NCBI GenBank assembly: GCA_015233405.1
Contig: JADFXT010000011.1
Location: 490 to 64,489 of the forward strand
Direction: 5' to 3'
DNA: 64,000 nt
Origin: Candidatus Omnitrophota bacterium
GTDB taxonomy: Bacteria; Omnitrophota; Gorgyraeia; Zapsychrales; Zapsychraceae
Shown in pieces: positions 6,073 to 15,626 of this stretch (positions within the stretch are counted from its first letter, which is position 1; each line of letters opens with the position of its first letter). Made by a program: the position numbers and the translations under genes. The notes under the pieces are model-generated. The model was not told where the DNA came from and did no database searches. It saw only the letters and a program-made list of their open reading frames with translations.

Positions 6073-8976
6073 CTAAAATTTTAAAGGTTTCTGCCAAGCC
6101 TGCTTTAAATCCATCGTCGAAACCTGAAGACAAGATTCGCCGTTTAATCCTATCACGCTCAGTTCTTTCTCTTGAGAAACTTGACCGATCAATCCCCATG
6201 GCAAACCAGATAAAAGCTTTTCAAACCGCTTTTGGTTCTTCGGCTCCACTTCGACGACAAAACGAGAATTCGATTCCGCAAAAAGAACCATGTCATTTCT
6301 TTTTTGTTTGCCGGTAAAACGCACATTCTTAAGAGAAATTTCTGCGCCAACATTTCCGCTAAACGCCATCTCGGCGAGCGCCACGGCAAGTCCGCCTTCG
6401 GAACAATCGTGCATGGAACGGATAACGCCGCTGTGCGTAGCCTTAGATAACGCCTCAAATATTTTGACCGCCTGTTTGGGATCAGGTTTGGGAACAGCAC
6501 TGCCCAGCAATCCATACGTATCGAGATAAATCGACCCGCCCCACTCATCATCAGTCTTCCCGACGGCATAAATAAGATTTCCGGGGCATTTAAAATCCAT
6601 CGTGACCATTTTTGTCACATCCGGGACAATTCCCATCGCTGAAATCAAAATAGCGCCAGGAATCGCAATGGATTGGTTTCCTTGGGCGTATTCATTATAT
6701 AAACTGTCTTTGCCGGAAATAAACGGAACGCCGTACTTGACCGCCGCATCATAACATCCTAAAGCGCAACGGACCAACCCGCCTAAACGGTCGGGCTTAT
6801 CCGGATTGCCCCAGCAAAAATTATCCAGAATAGCGATTTTATCTAAGGTTCCTCCGACGGAAATAATCTGACGGATCGCCTCGTCAACACAGGACATGGC
6901 CATCCAGTAAGGGTCTATTTTCCCATACTGAACATTGATACCATTGGAGATCGCAATTCCTTTTTTCGAATCAAGTTTTGGCGCAATGACACTCGCGTCC
7001 GACGGACCATCGCAAGTAATACCGACGAGCGGTTTAATCACGCTCGCGCCCTGGACCTCATGATCATACTGACGGATGACCCATTCTTTCGAGCAGACAT
7101 TATAATGAGAAAAAACCTCGAGGAGTTTCTGGTTTAAATCCGACGGACACGGAATTTTTGTGTCTTTAAGTTTTGGTTCTGCCCATCTAGCCTCCTTGAC
7201 AATCTTCGGCGTCCCGTCATGCAAAAATGCCATATCCAAATCGCAGACCTTGCTTACGTGATAAAAAAGTTCCAACCTTCCACTGCCGGTAAATTCCCCA
7301 ATAACCGTGGCCTCGACGTTTTCATTCGTGAACACGGACAAAAGCTCTTTTAAGTCCTTGGACTCGACGGATAAAACCATCCTCTCCTGCGATTCCGAGA
7401 TCCAAATTTCATCATAATTAAGCCCCGCATATTTAAGCGGAACCTTGTCCAAATCAATACGCGCGCCCAATTCTTTTCCCATTTCCCCAACCGCCGACGA
7501 CAACCCGCCGGCACCGCAGTCCGTAATCGCCGTGTATAAATCCAGATCCCTCGCCTTTAAAAGCGCATCCAAAACCTTCTTTTCCTGAATCGGGTCTCCA
7601 ATTTGCACCGCCCCGGAAGACACGGTTTCGGATTCCGTGGTCAATTCTCCGGAGGAAAATGTCGCGCCATGGATCCCGTCACGCCCTGTTTTTCCGCCGA
7701 CGACAACCACATAATCGCCTTTATAAGTCTTCTTATACACTTTATCCTTAGGCATAATGCCGACCGTGCCGCAATAGACCAAAGGATTGCCGACAAATTT
7801 TTTATCGAACAAGATCGCGCCATTGACCGTCGGAATCCCCATTTTATTGCCGTAATCCCGGACTCCGCTGACGACACCTTTCATCACGCGCTTAGGATGC
7901 AAAGCCCCTTCGGGCAAGTCTTCAAACGCCATGTCCGGCGGAGCAAAACAAAACACATCTGTATTACAAATCGGCTTAGCACCCAGCCCCGTGCCTAAAA
8001 TATCCCGGATGACCCCGCCGATCCCGGTATTCGCGCCGCCAAAAGGCTCCAAGGCAGAAGGATGATTATGCGTTTCCACTTTAAAACAAACATTATCTTT
8101 CTCGTCGAACTTAATGACACCGGCATTATCATGAAACACCGATACGCACCACGGTTTGTTGAGTTTCTTCGTAGCCTTGACAATCGTGGACTTCAACAGA
8201 CTATGGATAAGTTTTGTCTTCTTCTTTCCCTTGTCTGTATACTGGTAACGGATATCACCACGGAATGTCTTATGATAACAATGTTCGCTCCATGTCTGGG
8301 CAATGGTCTCAAGCTCGCAGTCCGTCGGATTGCGGCCGAGTTTCTTAAAATATTTTTGAATGGTCTGCATTTCCTTCAAATTAAGGAATAACTGCCCATC
8401 GCGACTAAGCTTAAGGAGCTCCTTATCGCTACAATCCAACAGATCAACATGGGCAAGTTTAAATGAAAGTTCATGGGCAGGAAGAGACAGGGTTTTCTCT
8501 AAGGCATTATAATCCACAACATGCTGGATCAATTTATTGCTAAGGACTTTATCGACGACGATCCCACGTTCTAACGAGGAAAGAGCCCCGTTTAAACGAT
8601 ATTGCCGTGCGGCCCTGACCGACCGGATCCCTGAAATCCCTAGGTCTTTAATCCCTTTAATGGCAGAATGCTCGACGGGATCCATAACGCCGGGATTGTG
8701 GGCGATCTCGATCACATGGAAATTTTCAGTCTCGGAAATTTTTAGAGGGCCTTCAATGATACGGCAGGAATACTGCTGGGTGACAGAATCGACTAGAAGT
8801 TCTCGAGAAATCTTTTCGGCATCTGCCTGATTGATTTCACCTTCGAGATGATAGACCTGGACCAGCTCAACCTTAGTGATCGTTTGGATGCCAAGGTCTA
8901 GAATGGATTTTCGAACACCTTCGCCGTCGGGATCTGAAATCCCAGGCTTATTATAGATTTCAATTCGCCAAATCAT
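6073..8976 (-). CDS. purL: FGAM synthase PurL with two N-terminal PurS-like repeats (PurS-PurS-PurL fusion)
   Basis: 967 aa. Residues ~1-80 and ~85-165 each resemble PurS (KPGISDPDGEGV...LDLGI and NPGVMDPVEHSA...KDLGI). The rest is small-type PurL (HNHPSALEPFGGA, two AIRS-like halves). Confidence 0.85.
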   Translation of the reverse strand: MIWRIEIYNKPGISDPDGEGVRKSILDLGIQTITKVELVQVYHLEGEINQADAEKISRELLVDSVTQQYSCRIIEGPLKISETENFHVIEIAHNPGVMDPVEHSAIKGIKDLGISGIRSVRAARQYRLNGALSSLERGIVVDKVLSNKLIQHVVDYNALEKTLSLPAHELSFKLAHVDLLDCSDKELLKLSRDGQLFLNLKEMQTIQKYFKKLGRNPTDCELETIAQTWSEHCYHKTFRGDIRYQYTDKGKKKTKLIHSLLKSTIVKATKKLNKPWCVSVFHDNAGVIKFDEKDNVCFKVETHNHPSALEPFGGANTGIGGVIRDILGTGLGAKPICNTDVFCFAPPDMAFEDLPEGALHPKRVMKGVVSGVRDYGNKMGIPTVNGAILFDKKFVGNPLVYCGTVGIMPKDKVYKKTYKGDYVVVVGGKTGRDGIHGATFSSGELTTESETVSSGAVQIGDPIQEKKVLDALLKARDLDLYTAITDCGAGGLSSAVGEMGKELGARIDLDKVPLKYAGLNYDEIWISESQERMVLSVESKDLKELLSVFTNENVEATVIGEFTGSGRLELFYHVSKVCDLDMAFLHDGTPKIVKEARWAEPKLKDTKIPCPSDLNQKLLEVFSHYNVCSKEWVIRQYDHEVQGASVIKPLVGITCDGPSDASVIAPKLDSKKGIAISNGINVQYGKIDPYWMAMSCVDEAIRQIISVGGTLDKIAILDNFCWGNPDKPDRLGGLVRCALGCYDAAVKYGVPFISGKDSLYNEYAQGNQSIAIPGAILISAMGIVPDVTKMVTMDFKCPGNLIYAVGKTDDEWGGSIYLDTYGLLGSAVPKPDPKQAVKIFEALSKATHSGVIRSMHDCSEGGLAVALAEMAFSGNVGAEISLKNVRFTGKQKRNDMVLFAESNSRFVVEVEPKNQKRFEKLLSGLPWGLIGQVSQEKELSVIGLNGESCLQVSTMDLKQAWQKPLKF

Positions 8977-9052
8977 GGATTTAAACCAGCGCGGAATGTC
9001 AAAACTTTTAAACCGCCCAGCTTCCTGTTGCGGGGGAAGAAGAAATCCCGTT

Positions 9053-9757
9053 TTATTTAGTGACTCGTTTTAAAACTTCCTGGTAGGCCTCTTCGATGTT
9101 TCCCAAATCATGCCGGAAACGGTCTTTATCCATCTTTTTGCCCGTTCCTATTTCCCAAAGCCGGCAGGTATCCGGAGAAATTTCATCGGCAAGAATAATT
9201 TTGCCCTTATATCGCCCGAATTCCAGCTTAAAATCAATCAGCTCAAGATTCAAATTCTTGAAAAACTGTTTCATGATCTCATTGATCTGAAACGTGTATT
9301 TCTTAATGGTGTCAATTTCTTCTTGGGTCGCTAAACTGAGCGCCAACACATGATAATCATTGATCAACGGATCATTTAAGGCATCGCATTTATAAGAAAA
9401 TTCCATGACCGGATGCGCTAGCACTGTTCCCTCCTGAAGCCCATAATTGCGGCATAAAGACCCGGCAGCCTTGTTACGGACAATCACCTCGAGAGGCACA
9501 ATAGCGACTTTTCTGACAAGCATCTCGCGGTCGCTGAGCATCTTGACGAAATGGGTCGCAATGCCATGACCTTCCAAGAATTGAAAGATCTTCGACGAGA
9601 TTTTATTGTTCATGATCCCTTTTTCCTGGACCGTCCCTTTCTTGGCGGCATTAAAAGCCGTTGCGTCATCCTTAAAATACTGGATCACTAGATCTGGGTC
9701 GTTGGTCGCATAAAGGATCTTGGCCTTGCCTTCATATAAACGAGCACCTTTTTCCAT
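9053..9757 (-). CDS. purC: SAICAR synthetase
   Basis: 234 aa; LYEGKAKILY...PLEVIVRN...DTCRLW, PurC-like throughout. Confidence 0.95.
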   Translation of the reverse strand: MEKGARLYEGKAKILYATNDPDLVIQYFKDDATAFNAAKKGTVQEKGIMNNKISSKIFQFLEGHGIATHFVKMLSDREMLVRKVAIVPLEVIVRNKAAGSLCRNYGLQEGTVLAHPVMEFSYKCDALNDPLINDYHVLALSLATQEEIDTIKKYTFQINEIMKQFFKNLNLELIDFKLEFGRYKGKIILADEISPDTCRLWEIGTGKKMDKDRFRHDLGNIEEAYQEVLKRVTK

Positions 9758-9778
9758 AAAAAATTCTCCTTAAAGGTT

Positions 9779-11074
9779 TTATTTAATACCTACACGTTTA
9801 AAAATGAAATCTGCATACCGCGTATAATACTTAATATCAAAACACTGGTCAATTTCAGTGGTCTTAAGATATTTTCGAACATTTCTGTCGCGATAAAGGA
9901 CATCTTTGAAATTGGCCGTCTCCTGCCAAACCTGCATGGCACAATGCTGAATGATTTCGTAGGCCGCTTCACGCGTAAGCCCTTTCTTCATCAGCTCCAG
10001 AAGAACTCTCTGAGAATAAATCAATCCTTTGGTCTTACTTAAGCTTGCAACCATGTTCTTGGGATAGACCAATAGGTCGTCGATGATCGGGATCAATTTG
10101 TGGAACATGTAATTTAAAGCAATCGCGCTATCCGGAAGGATAATACGTTCGACAGCTGAATGGCTGATGTCCCGTTCATGCCACAAGGTGATATCTTCAA
10201 ACGCCGCCTGGGTATTGGCGCGCAAAATTCTTGATAACCCGGAGATCCGTTCACACGTTACAGGGTTTCTTTTATGAGGCATCGCGGACGACCCGATCTG
10301 ACCTTTAAAGAAAGGTTCTTCGACTTCCAAGACTTCTGTTTTCTGCAGCAACCGGATTTCGGTAGCGATCTTATTTAAGGTGCATCCGACCATCGCCAAG
10401 GTGTTGACGAACTGGCAATGCAGATCGCGCTGAATGATTTGGGTGGCGATATTGGCCGGTTTTAAGTTTAATTTTTCGCAAACATATTCTTCCACGGAAG
10501 GATCAATATTGGCATATGTTCCGACGGCGCCAGAAAGCTTCCCAACACGGATCATTTCTCGGGTTTGTTCCATGCGCTCTAGATTACGCTTCATTTCATC
10601 ATACCAAACAGCCAGTTTTAATCCAAAAGTCATCGGCTCGGCATGGACGCCATGGGTCCGGGCGATGCAAGGAGTGTCCTTATATTTTTTAGCTTTTTGC
10701 TTAAGGACCAAAATCATCTTCTTAACATCGGCAAGTAAAATATCGATCGCTTCCACGCATTGAACAGATAACGATGTATCCAAAAGATCAGAAGACGTTA
10801 GCCCCATGTGCAAATACCGCGCTTCAGGCCCTAAATATTGTCCGACATTATTAATGAAGGCCACGATATCATGTTTTGTCCGTTCTTCGAGCTTTTTGAC
10901 CTCTTCGATATCAAACCGCGCGTTCTTCTTTATTTTTTCCATGGATTTTTTGGGGATTTGGCCAAGCTTGCACATCGCCTCACAGGCCAAAACCTCGATC
11001 TTAAGCATGATTTCCATCTTATGCTCTTCCGACCAAATTCTTCCCATTTTGGATAACGTATAGCGATCAATCAT
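9779..11074 (-). CDS. purB: adenylosuccinate lyase
   Basis: 431 aa; MIDRYTLSKMGRIWSEE... and the fumarate-lyase signature GSSAMPHKRNP. Confidence 0.95.
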   Translation of the reverse strand: MIDRYTLSKMGRIWSEEHKMEIMLKIEVLACEAMCKLGQIPKKSMEKIKKNARFDIEEVKKLEERTKHDIVAFINNVGQYLGPEARYLHMGLTSSDLLDTSLSVQCVEAIDILLADVKKMILVLKQKAKKYKDTPCIARTHGVHAEPMTFGLKLAVWYDEMKRNLERMEQTREMIRVGKLSGAVGTYANIDPSVEEYVCEKLNLKPANIATQIIQRDLHCQFVNTLAMVGCTLNKIATEIRLLQKTEVLEVEEPFFKGQIGSSAMPHKRNPVTCERISGLSRILRANTQAAFEDITLWHERDISHSAVERIILPDSAIALNYMFHKLIPIIDDLLVYPKNMVASLSKTKGLIYSQRVLLELMKKGLTREAAYEIIQHCAMQVWQETANFKDVLYRDRNVRKYLKTTEIDQCFDIKYYTRYADFIFKRVGIK

Positions 11075-11141
11075 CTTTCCAACTCCTTTTTTTCTGTTCT
11101 GATATCAATTGGCGGGATAAAATCTATTATTAAGCCCACAT

Positions 11142-11170
11142 AATATAACAAAGAATATTTTTAAGGTCAA
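11142..11170 (-). promoter_or_regulatory. candidate sigma70 promoter of the purine operon
   Basis: The minus strand reads TTGACC-17 nt-TATATT, about 65 nt upstream of the purB ATG. Confidence 0.45.
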
Positions 11171-11292
11171 TTAAAAAAGCAAAGAAAATAACTAAATTTT
11201 CTTAAACCATTCATTTACAACAACTTACAATCCATTAAAAAATGATTGGAATGGGAAAAATGAGCATTCTAGGCCATCAAAAAAGACTAGAA

Positions 11293-11862
11293 CTATTTTT
11301 TCGGCGGGGGTGGTATTTTTTTCTGGAAATAGTCAACACTAATTTTGACCGTATCATCTAAAATAAACGGCAAAACTTCCAACATATGCTTACCGGTGGG
11401 ACTCTGAAAAAAATCAATCATCTTTTGTAAATCTTCTTCAGAATAATATTTATCATAAACAGGAATATAACTTTTCATAATATCTTTAGCATTAAAAAGC
11501 CCTCTCAGCTCCTTCTCTCGACCTGGCATCTTTTTTATAATCTTTTCAATGTTCTTTTCCAAATTTGCCCGAACGCCATTGGCTTCCAGCAAAGTCATGA
11601 TCAACTGCGCTTTCTTGAGAGAAACATTTTCAACCCCAGAAAGGTCAACAGGAGCAGACACTTGATCTTCTTCAATACGATCAATCTGAGCCATATAATA
11701 TTTCTGAGGAATAGGGCCGACCTGAACCACAACATAATAGGAGGTCTTACTTAAAATCTGTCCTTCAACAACATTACCGCCTTTTAAATGAATTTTTGCC
11801 GCATAACTCAACGTCGACATCAAAAAACAAAAGATCACCGCTAAAAAAATTATTTTTTTCAT
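11293..11862 (-). CDS. secreted protein with DUF2059-like C-terminal domain
   Basis: Signal peptide MKKIIFLAVIFCFLMSTLSYA. The C-terminal pattern YSEEDLQKMIDFFQSPTGKH is typical of DUF2059. I set the start at the second ATG, which follows an AAGGA RBS. Confidence 0.6.
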   Translation of the reverse strand: MKKIIFLAVIFCFLMSTLSYAAKIHLKGGNVVEGQILSKTSYYVVVQVGPIPQKYYMAQIDRIEEDQVSAPVDLSGVENVSLKKAQLIMTLLEANGVRANLEKNIEKIIKKMPGREKELRGLFNAKDIMKSYIPVYDKYYSEEDLQKMIDFFQSPTGKHMLEVLPFILDDTVKISVDYFQKKIPPPPKK

Positions 11863-11978
11863 ATCGATTCCTTTCATTTAAGTTAACGTGTATTTTACTC
11901 TAAGACGCCTGCAGTCAAAAGCCCTTTATCATATTTTTAACATTGAAGGATCTAAGAGCCTATGTTACTATAAAACCC

Positions 11979-13061
11979 ATGTTTAACTCAATTAAAAAAC
12001 AAATTGACCAAAATTTGGTGAAATTTTTAAATCAGACCCGACGAGATTACAACCTTGACCGGCTATGCCCAGATCTTTACCGGGATATTGAAGAGTATGC
12101 TCTGCGTGACGGCAAGCGCATCCGCCCAGCGCTGTTTATCCTAAGCTATTTAGGATATCAACCCGCTTCAAAAGTATCTTCCTCGATTTACCGGGCTTCG
12201 GTCGGGATTGAGCTGTTGCATAATTTTATGCTCATTCACGACGACATCATTGACAAATCAGACTTACGGCGCGGCAAGCCTACGCTGCACAGGCTTTTGG
12301 CCAAAACCCTTCCAACAAAAGACCCGAAGAAACTCGGGAATGACTTAGGCATTGTGGCCGGCGACATTGTTTATGCATTCGCCATTGAAGCCTTTCTGTC
12401 CATGGAAGCACCGGAAAAACAAAAACACCAGGCGTTAAAATATTTCATGCAAACAACGGCTTTTACTGCTATCGGCGAATATATCGACACCATTAATGGT
12501 CTTAAAGATCTTTCCCAAGTCACAGAAAAAGATGTGTTCCTCAATTACACGCTTAAGACCGCACGCTACACCTTTGCCAGCCCCTTGGTCATGGGAGCCA
12601 TTTTGGCAAGTGCGCCTAAAGAAGAGCTAGATAAACTGTTTGAGTTCGGGATCATCGTCGGGCAGGCATTCCAGATCCAGGATGACATTATCGGAATTTT
12701 CGGGTCTGAAAAATTGATCGGTAAATCCATTTTAAGCGATCTTGCCGAATCCAAAAAAACAATCCTTGTCTGTCATGCGCATAAAAACCTGACACCCCAA
12801 AAACGCCGGAAATTTGAAACGCTTTTTAATAAGCCGAAAAAAACTTATGCCGACCTTCTTAAGGTGCGGAAAATATTTCTTGAAACAGGAAGTCTCGAAT
12901 ACAGTTTGAAAGAAGTCCAAACGCGTGTTCAAAAAGCTTCGCAAAGGATTACAAAGCTTTCCATGAACAAAAAGTATCTTCATTTGATCCAAACCGCCAC
13001 ATTTGAATTCTTCAAACAAACTCGCCAGATCGCTCAAAAAAACCATATCACGCTGTCATAA
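11979..13061 (+). CDS. polyprenyl diphosphate synthase (trans-isoprenyl diphosphate synthase family)
   Basis: Two Asp-rich motifs, LIHDDIIDKSD and FQIQDDIIG. I preferred the ATG at 11979 over the TTG at 11943. Confidence 0.85.
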   Translation: MFNSIKKQIDQNLVKFLNQTRRDYNLDRLCPDLYRDIEEYALRDGKRIRPALFILSYLGYQPASKVSSSIYRASVGIELLHNFMLIHDDIIDKSDLRRGKPTLHRLLAKTLPTKDPKKLGNDLGIVAGDIVYAFAIEAFLSMEAPEKQKHQALKYFMQTTAFTAIGEYIDTINGLKDLSQVTEKDVFLNYTLKTARYTFASPLVMGAILASAPKEELDKLFEFGIIVGQAFQIQDDIIGIFGSEKLIGKSILSDLAESKKTILVCHAHKNLTPQKRRKFETLFNKPKKTYADLLKVRKIFLETGSLEYSLKEVQTRVQKASQRITKLSMNKKYLHLIQTATFEFFKQTRQIAQKNHITLS

Positions 13062-13064
13062 GCT

Positions 13065-14177
13065 CTAAATCAGATACGCGCACAATTCATCCAAGATCAG
13101 ACGCCCTTTATCTGTTGCTTTTAAATATCCCTTTTCTCTAACAAGGAAACCAGCATCCTTAAGCCGCTTTATCATGACAGAATCCTGTTCGATAAAGACT
13201 GCCGCATATTTTTCTTGTAAATTTTTTATATTCACACCCCGATTCATTCTTAATCCGAATACAAAGGATTCTTTCATCCGCTCGTATGGATTTAACTGTT
13301 CAAAACCTTCCTCGCCTAAGCCTTTTTCCAAAATCAATTTCATATAAGTCTTTAAAAAAGAATTGTTCCAACTACGCCGGCCGTCTTTATGGGAATGCGC
13401 CGCAACTCCTAAGCCGATATAATTTCCGCCAACCCAATAATTTAAATTATGCAGGGATTCTCTGCCGCGCTTTGCAAAATTACTGACCTCATATTGCTTA
13501 AGCCCTTTTTTCTCCAAAGCCTCTTTAACATAAGAATAATATTGCGCCTGAATATCCTCAGAAGGAAGTTTCTCTTTTTGAACAAATAATCGGCTGTTCG
13601 GCTCTAAGGTCAAGGTATACAAAGAAACATGTTCACTCTCAAATCCCGTGAGCTGCTTAACATCTTCTTTCAATTCTTGAAACGTCTGCCCCGGAAATAG
13701 ATACATCAAATCCACACTAATATTTTTCATCCCTCCTTCTCTTAATAACTCAAAAGCTTTTAACGCAGCATCAGCATCATGATTCCGTCCTAAATAGTTT
13801 AAATATTTGTTATGGAAAGATTGCACGCCTAAACTTAAACGATTGACGCCCGCATTTTTCATGATTGAAATCTTTTCTTTATCCAGCGATTCAGGATTCG
13901 CCTCTATCGTAAACTCCACAGAAGAAGCCACATGAAAATTCTTACGGATCATAGAGAACAAAAATCCCAACTGATGACCCGTTAAATACGTCGGCGTTCC
14001 TCCACCGATATAAATACTCTGAACATTTTGGCCCTTATAGACCTCGGATTCTTTGGATAAACATTTTAAATAAGGATCAATATGCTGTTGCTGCGCCACA
14101 CAAACGGTGAAGGAGCAATAGAGGCACTTTTTAGCGCAAAATGGGATATGGATGTAAAGGCTTGATTTAGGAATCAT
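13065..14177 (-). CDS. hemW: radical SAM heme chaperone HemW / HemN-like
   Basis: LYIHIPFCAKKCLYCSF (CX3CX2C) followed by GGGTPTYL. Confidence 0.85.
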   Translation of the reverse strand: MIPKSSLYIHIPFCAKKCLYCSFTVCVAQQQHIDPYLKCLSKESEVYKGQNVQSIYIGGGTPTYLTGHQLGFLFSMIRKNFHVASSVEFTIEANPESLDKEKISIMKNAGVNRLSLGVQSFHNKYLNYLGRNHDADAALKAFELLREGGMKNISVDLMYLFPGQTFQELKEDVKQLTGFESEHVSLYTLTLEPNSRLFVQKEKLPSEDIQAQYYSYVKEALEKKGLKQYEVSNFAKRGRESLHNLNYWVGGNYIGLGVAAHSHKDGRRSWNNSFLKTYMKLILEKGLGEEGFEQLNPYERMKESFVFGLRMNRGVNIKNLQEKYAAVFIEQDSVMIKRLKDAGFLVREKGYLKATDKGRLILDELCAYLI

Positions 14178-14260
14178 TTTCTTTTTTATTTGTATAAGAA
14201 GAACTGTATGTTATTATAACTGTAAGGTTAAATCAAGACTTCTTAATCAAGGAGGAACGA

Positions 14261-14323
14261 ATGGTAGTCAAGAAAAAAGCTGTGAAGAAGGCAAGCTGCA
14301 AAACGGCCTGCAAAAAGAAATAA
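14261..14323 (+). CDS. 20-aa lysine-rich micro-ORF (MVVKKKAVKKASCKTACKKK)
   Basis: Not in the ORF track. AAGGAGG lies 6 nt upstream of the ATG. A possible TTGTAT-17-ATTATA promoter lies upstream, and an intrinsic terminator lies 25 nt downstream. Confidence 0.45.
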   Translation: MVVKKKAVKKASCKTACKKK

Positions 14324-14348
14324 TCTCACGCACCCGTAATGGATAAAG

Positions 14349-14381
14349 AAAAAACCCTCTGGAAATTTCAGAGGGTTTTTT
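14349..14381. terminator. bidirectional intrinsic terminator between convergent genes
   Basis: AAAAAA-CCCTCTG-gaaattt-CAGAGGG-TTTTTT: a 7-bp GC-rich stem flanked by an A-run and a T-run. Confidence 0.75.
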
Positions 14382-14405
14382 CTTGAGATCAAAATTAAAA
14401 AAATA

Positions 14406-14612
14406 TTAGTTCTTTCGCGTCTTCATCTTCTCAAACTGTTCCGGCATATTATATTTCATCCAATCCATTGCATAGAGGCGCAGCCACTCATCCGTCGCTT
14501 TCTCAATACCGATATTATAACCGGCTTTCTGACTTTCAATCCAAAGGTGTTTGTTGATTTCTTCCATGACACGCTTGTCTTTGAGCAGCAATCTTAAATC
14601 GTTGATTTTCAT
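14406..14612 (-). CDS. small conserved-looking hypothetical protein (68 aa)
   Basis: The ORF carries an HLWIESQKAGYNIG motif and GGAGG upstream of the ATG. I cannot name the family with confidence. Confidence 0.5.
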   Translation of the reverse strand: MKINDLRLLLKDKRVMEEINKHLWIESQKAGYNIGIEKATDEWLRLYAMDWMKYNMPEQFEKMKTRKN

Positions 14613-14724
14613 CTTGCCTCCTTCAGCTAAAATAAATTTAACCTAATCTTGCGGTAGTGATTATAATCAAAAATCGAATTTATACAACGAAAATCTTCCT
14701 CATTCCCACTAGGCCTCTTACCGC

Positions 14725-15438
14725 TTACATTTCCCGAGGGTGGACAAATTTTGACGCAAAAATACTCATTTCATAAAGAATGAATAACGGCACCGACATT
14801 ACCGCCTGCGTGACAATATCGGTCGTGGGCGTAATGACAGCGCTTATGATCAAGATTCCGATGATCGCATGCCGGCGTTTTTCAGCCAAGAATTGCGGCG
14901 TTACCAAACCAATTTTTGTTAAAAAAAGGACGGCCAACGGCACTTCAAAGGCCAGCCCGCAAGCTAAAATAAAAGTTCCGACGAACGACAAATAATCATT
15001 GACGGTCAACAGCGGTAAGAGATACGCCGACTGGAAACTTAAAAGAAATCGCACGGTCACCGGGATCATGACCCAAAAGGCGAACACGCCGCCACAAATA
15101 AAAAGCCCCAGTGACGATAAGCCAAATAATAAAACATATTTTTGCTCGTGGGTTTTTAACCCTAAAGCAACGAACTGCCATATCTGATAAAGAATGAACG
15201 GGATGGTCAGGAAAAATCCGCCCCACATCGCCAGAGAAAATCGGGCCATAAAGGCCGCCGGAGGAGAGGTGAAGAAAAGCTTACCGACAGGCTTTGTCAC
15301 ACAAAATAAAATCCTGTCCACAAAAAACGCATACACCAGACAGGAAAAAAGGCAAAACACAACGATCATTTTAATCAGCCGGGACCGCAGCTCTTCCAGA
15401 TGGTCCCAAAAAGAAAAATCATTAAGATTTTTTGTCAT
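14725..15438 (-). CDS. tatC: twin-arginine translocase subunit TatC
   Basis: 237 aa with six predicted TM segments; the N-terminus FWDHLEELRSRLIK is typical of TatC. Confidence 0.9.
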   Translation of the reverse strand: MTKNLNDFSFWDHLEELRSRLIKMIVVFCLFSCLVYAFFVDRILFCVTKPVGKLFFTSPPAAFMARFSLAMWGGFFLTIPFILYQIWQFVALGLKTHEQKYVLLFGLSSLGLFICGGVFAFWVMIPVTVRFLLSFQSAYLLPLLTVNDYLSFVGTFILACGLAFEVPLAVLFLTKIGLVTPQFLAEKRRHAIIGILIISAVITPTTDIVTQAVMSVPLFILYEMSIFASKFVHPREM

Positions 15439-15610
15439 TTTTATCGTCGGAAGGTTCTTTAAGGTCCTTCTCTACATCTTTGCTGGCCTTACGAAACTCT
15501 TTAATGGCCTCCCCTAAGGACCGGCCAATTTCAGGAAGTTTCTTGGCACCGAACAAAAGAATGAATATTAGTGCGATAAATAAAATTTCCGGCAATCCAA
15601 TATTACCCAT
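15422..15610 (-). CDS. tatA: twin-arginine translocase subunit TatA/E
   Basis: MGNIGLPEILFIALIFILLFGAKKLPEIGRSLGEAIKEFRKA. Confidence 0.9.
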   Translation of the reverse strand: MGNIGLPEILFIALIFILLFGAKKLPEIGRSLGEAIKEFRKASKDVEKDLKEPSDDKNDKKS

Positions 15611-15626
15611 AATATCCTCCTTGAAT

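Noticed and set aside
11075-11141. Purine or ZTP riboswitch in the purB leader
   Set aside because: The predicted leader is only ~65 nt. It lacks the conserved cores I know for the purine (three-way junction with U-rich loops) or ZTP/pfl motifs.
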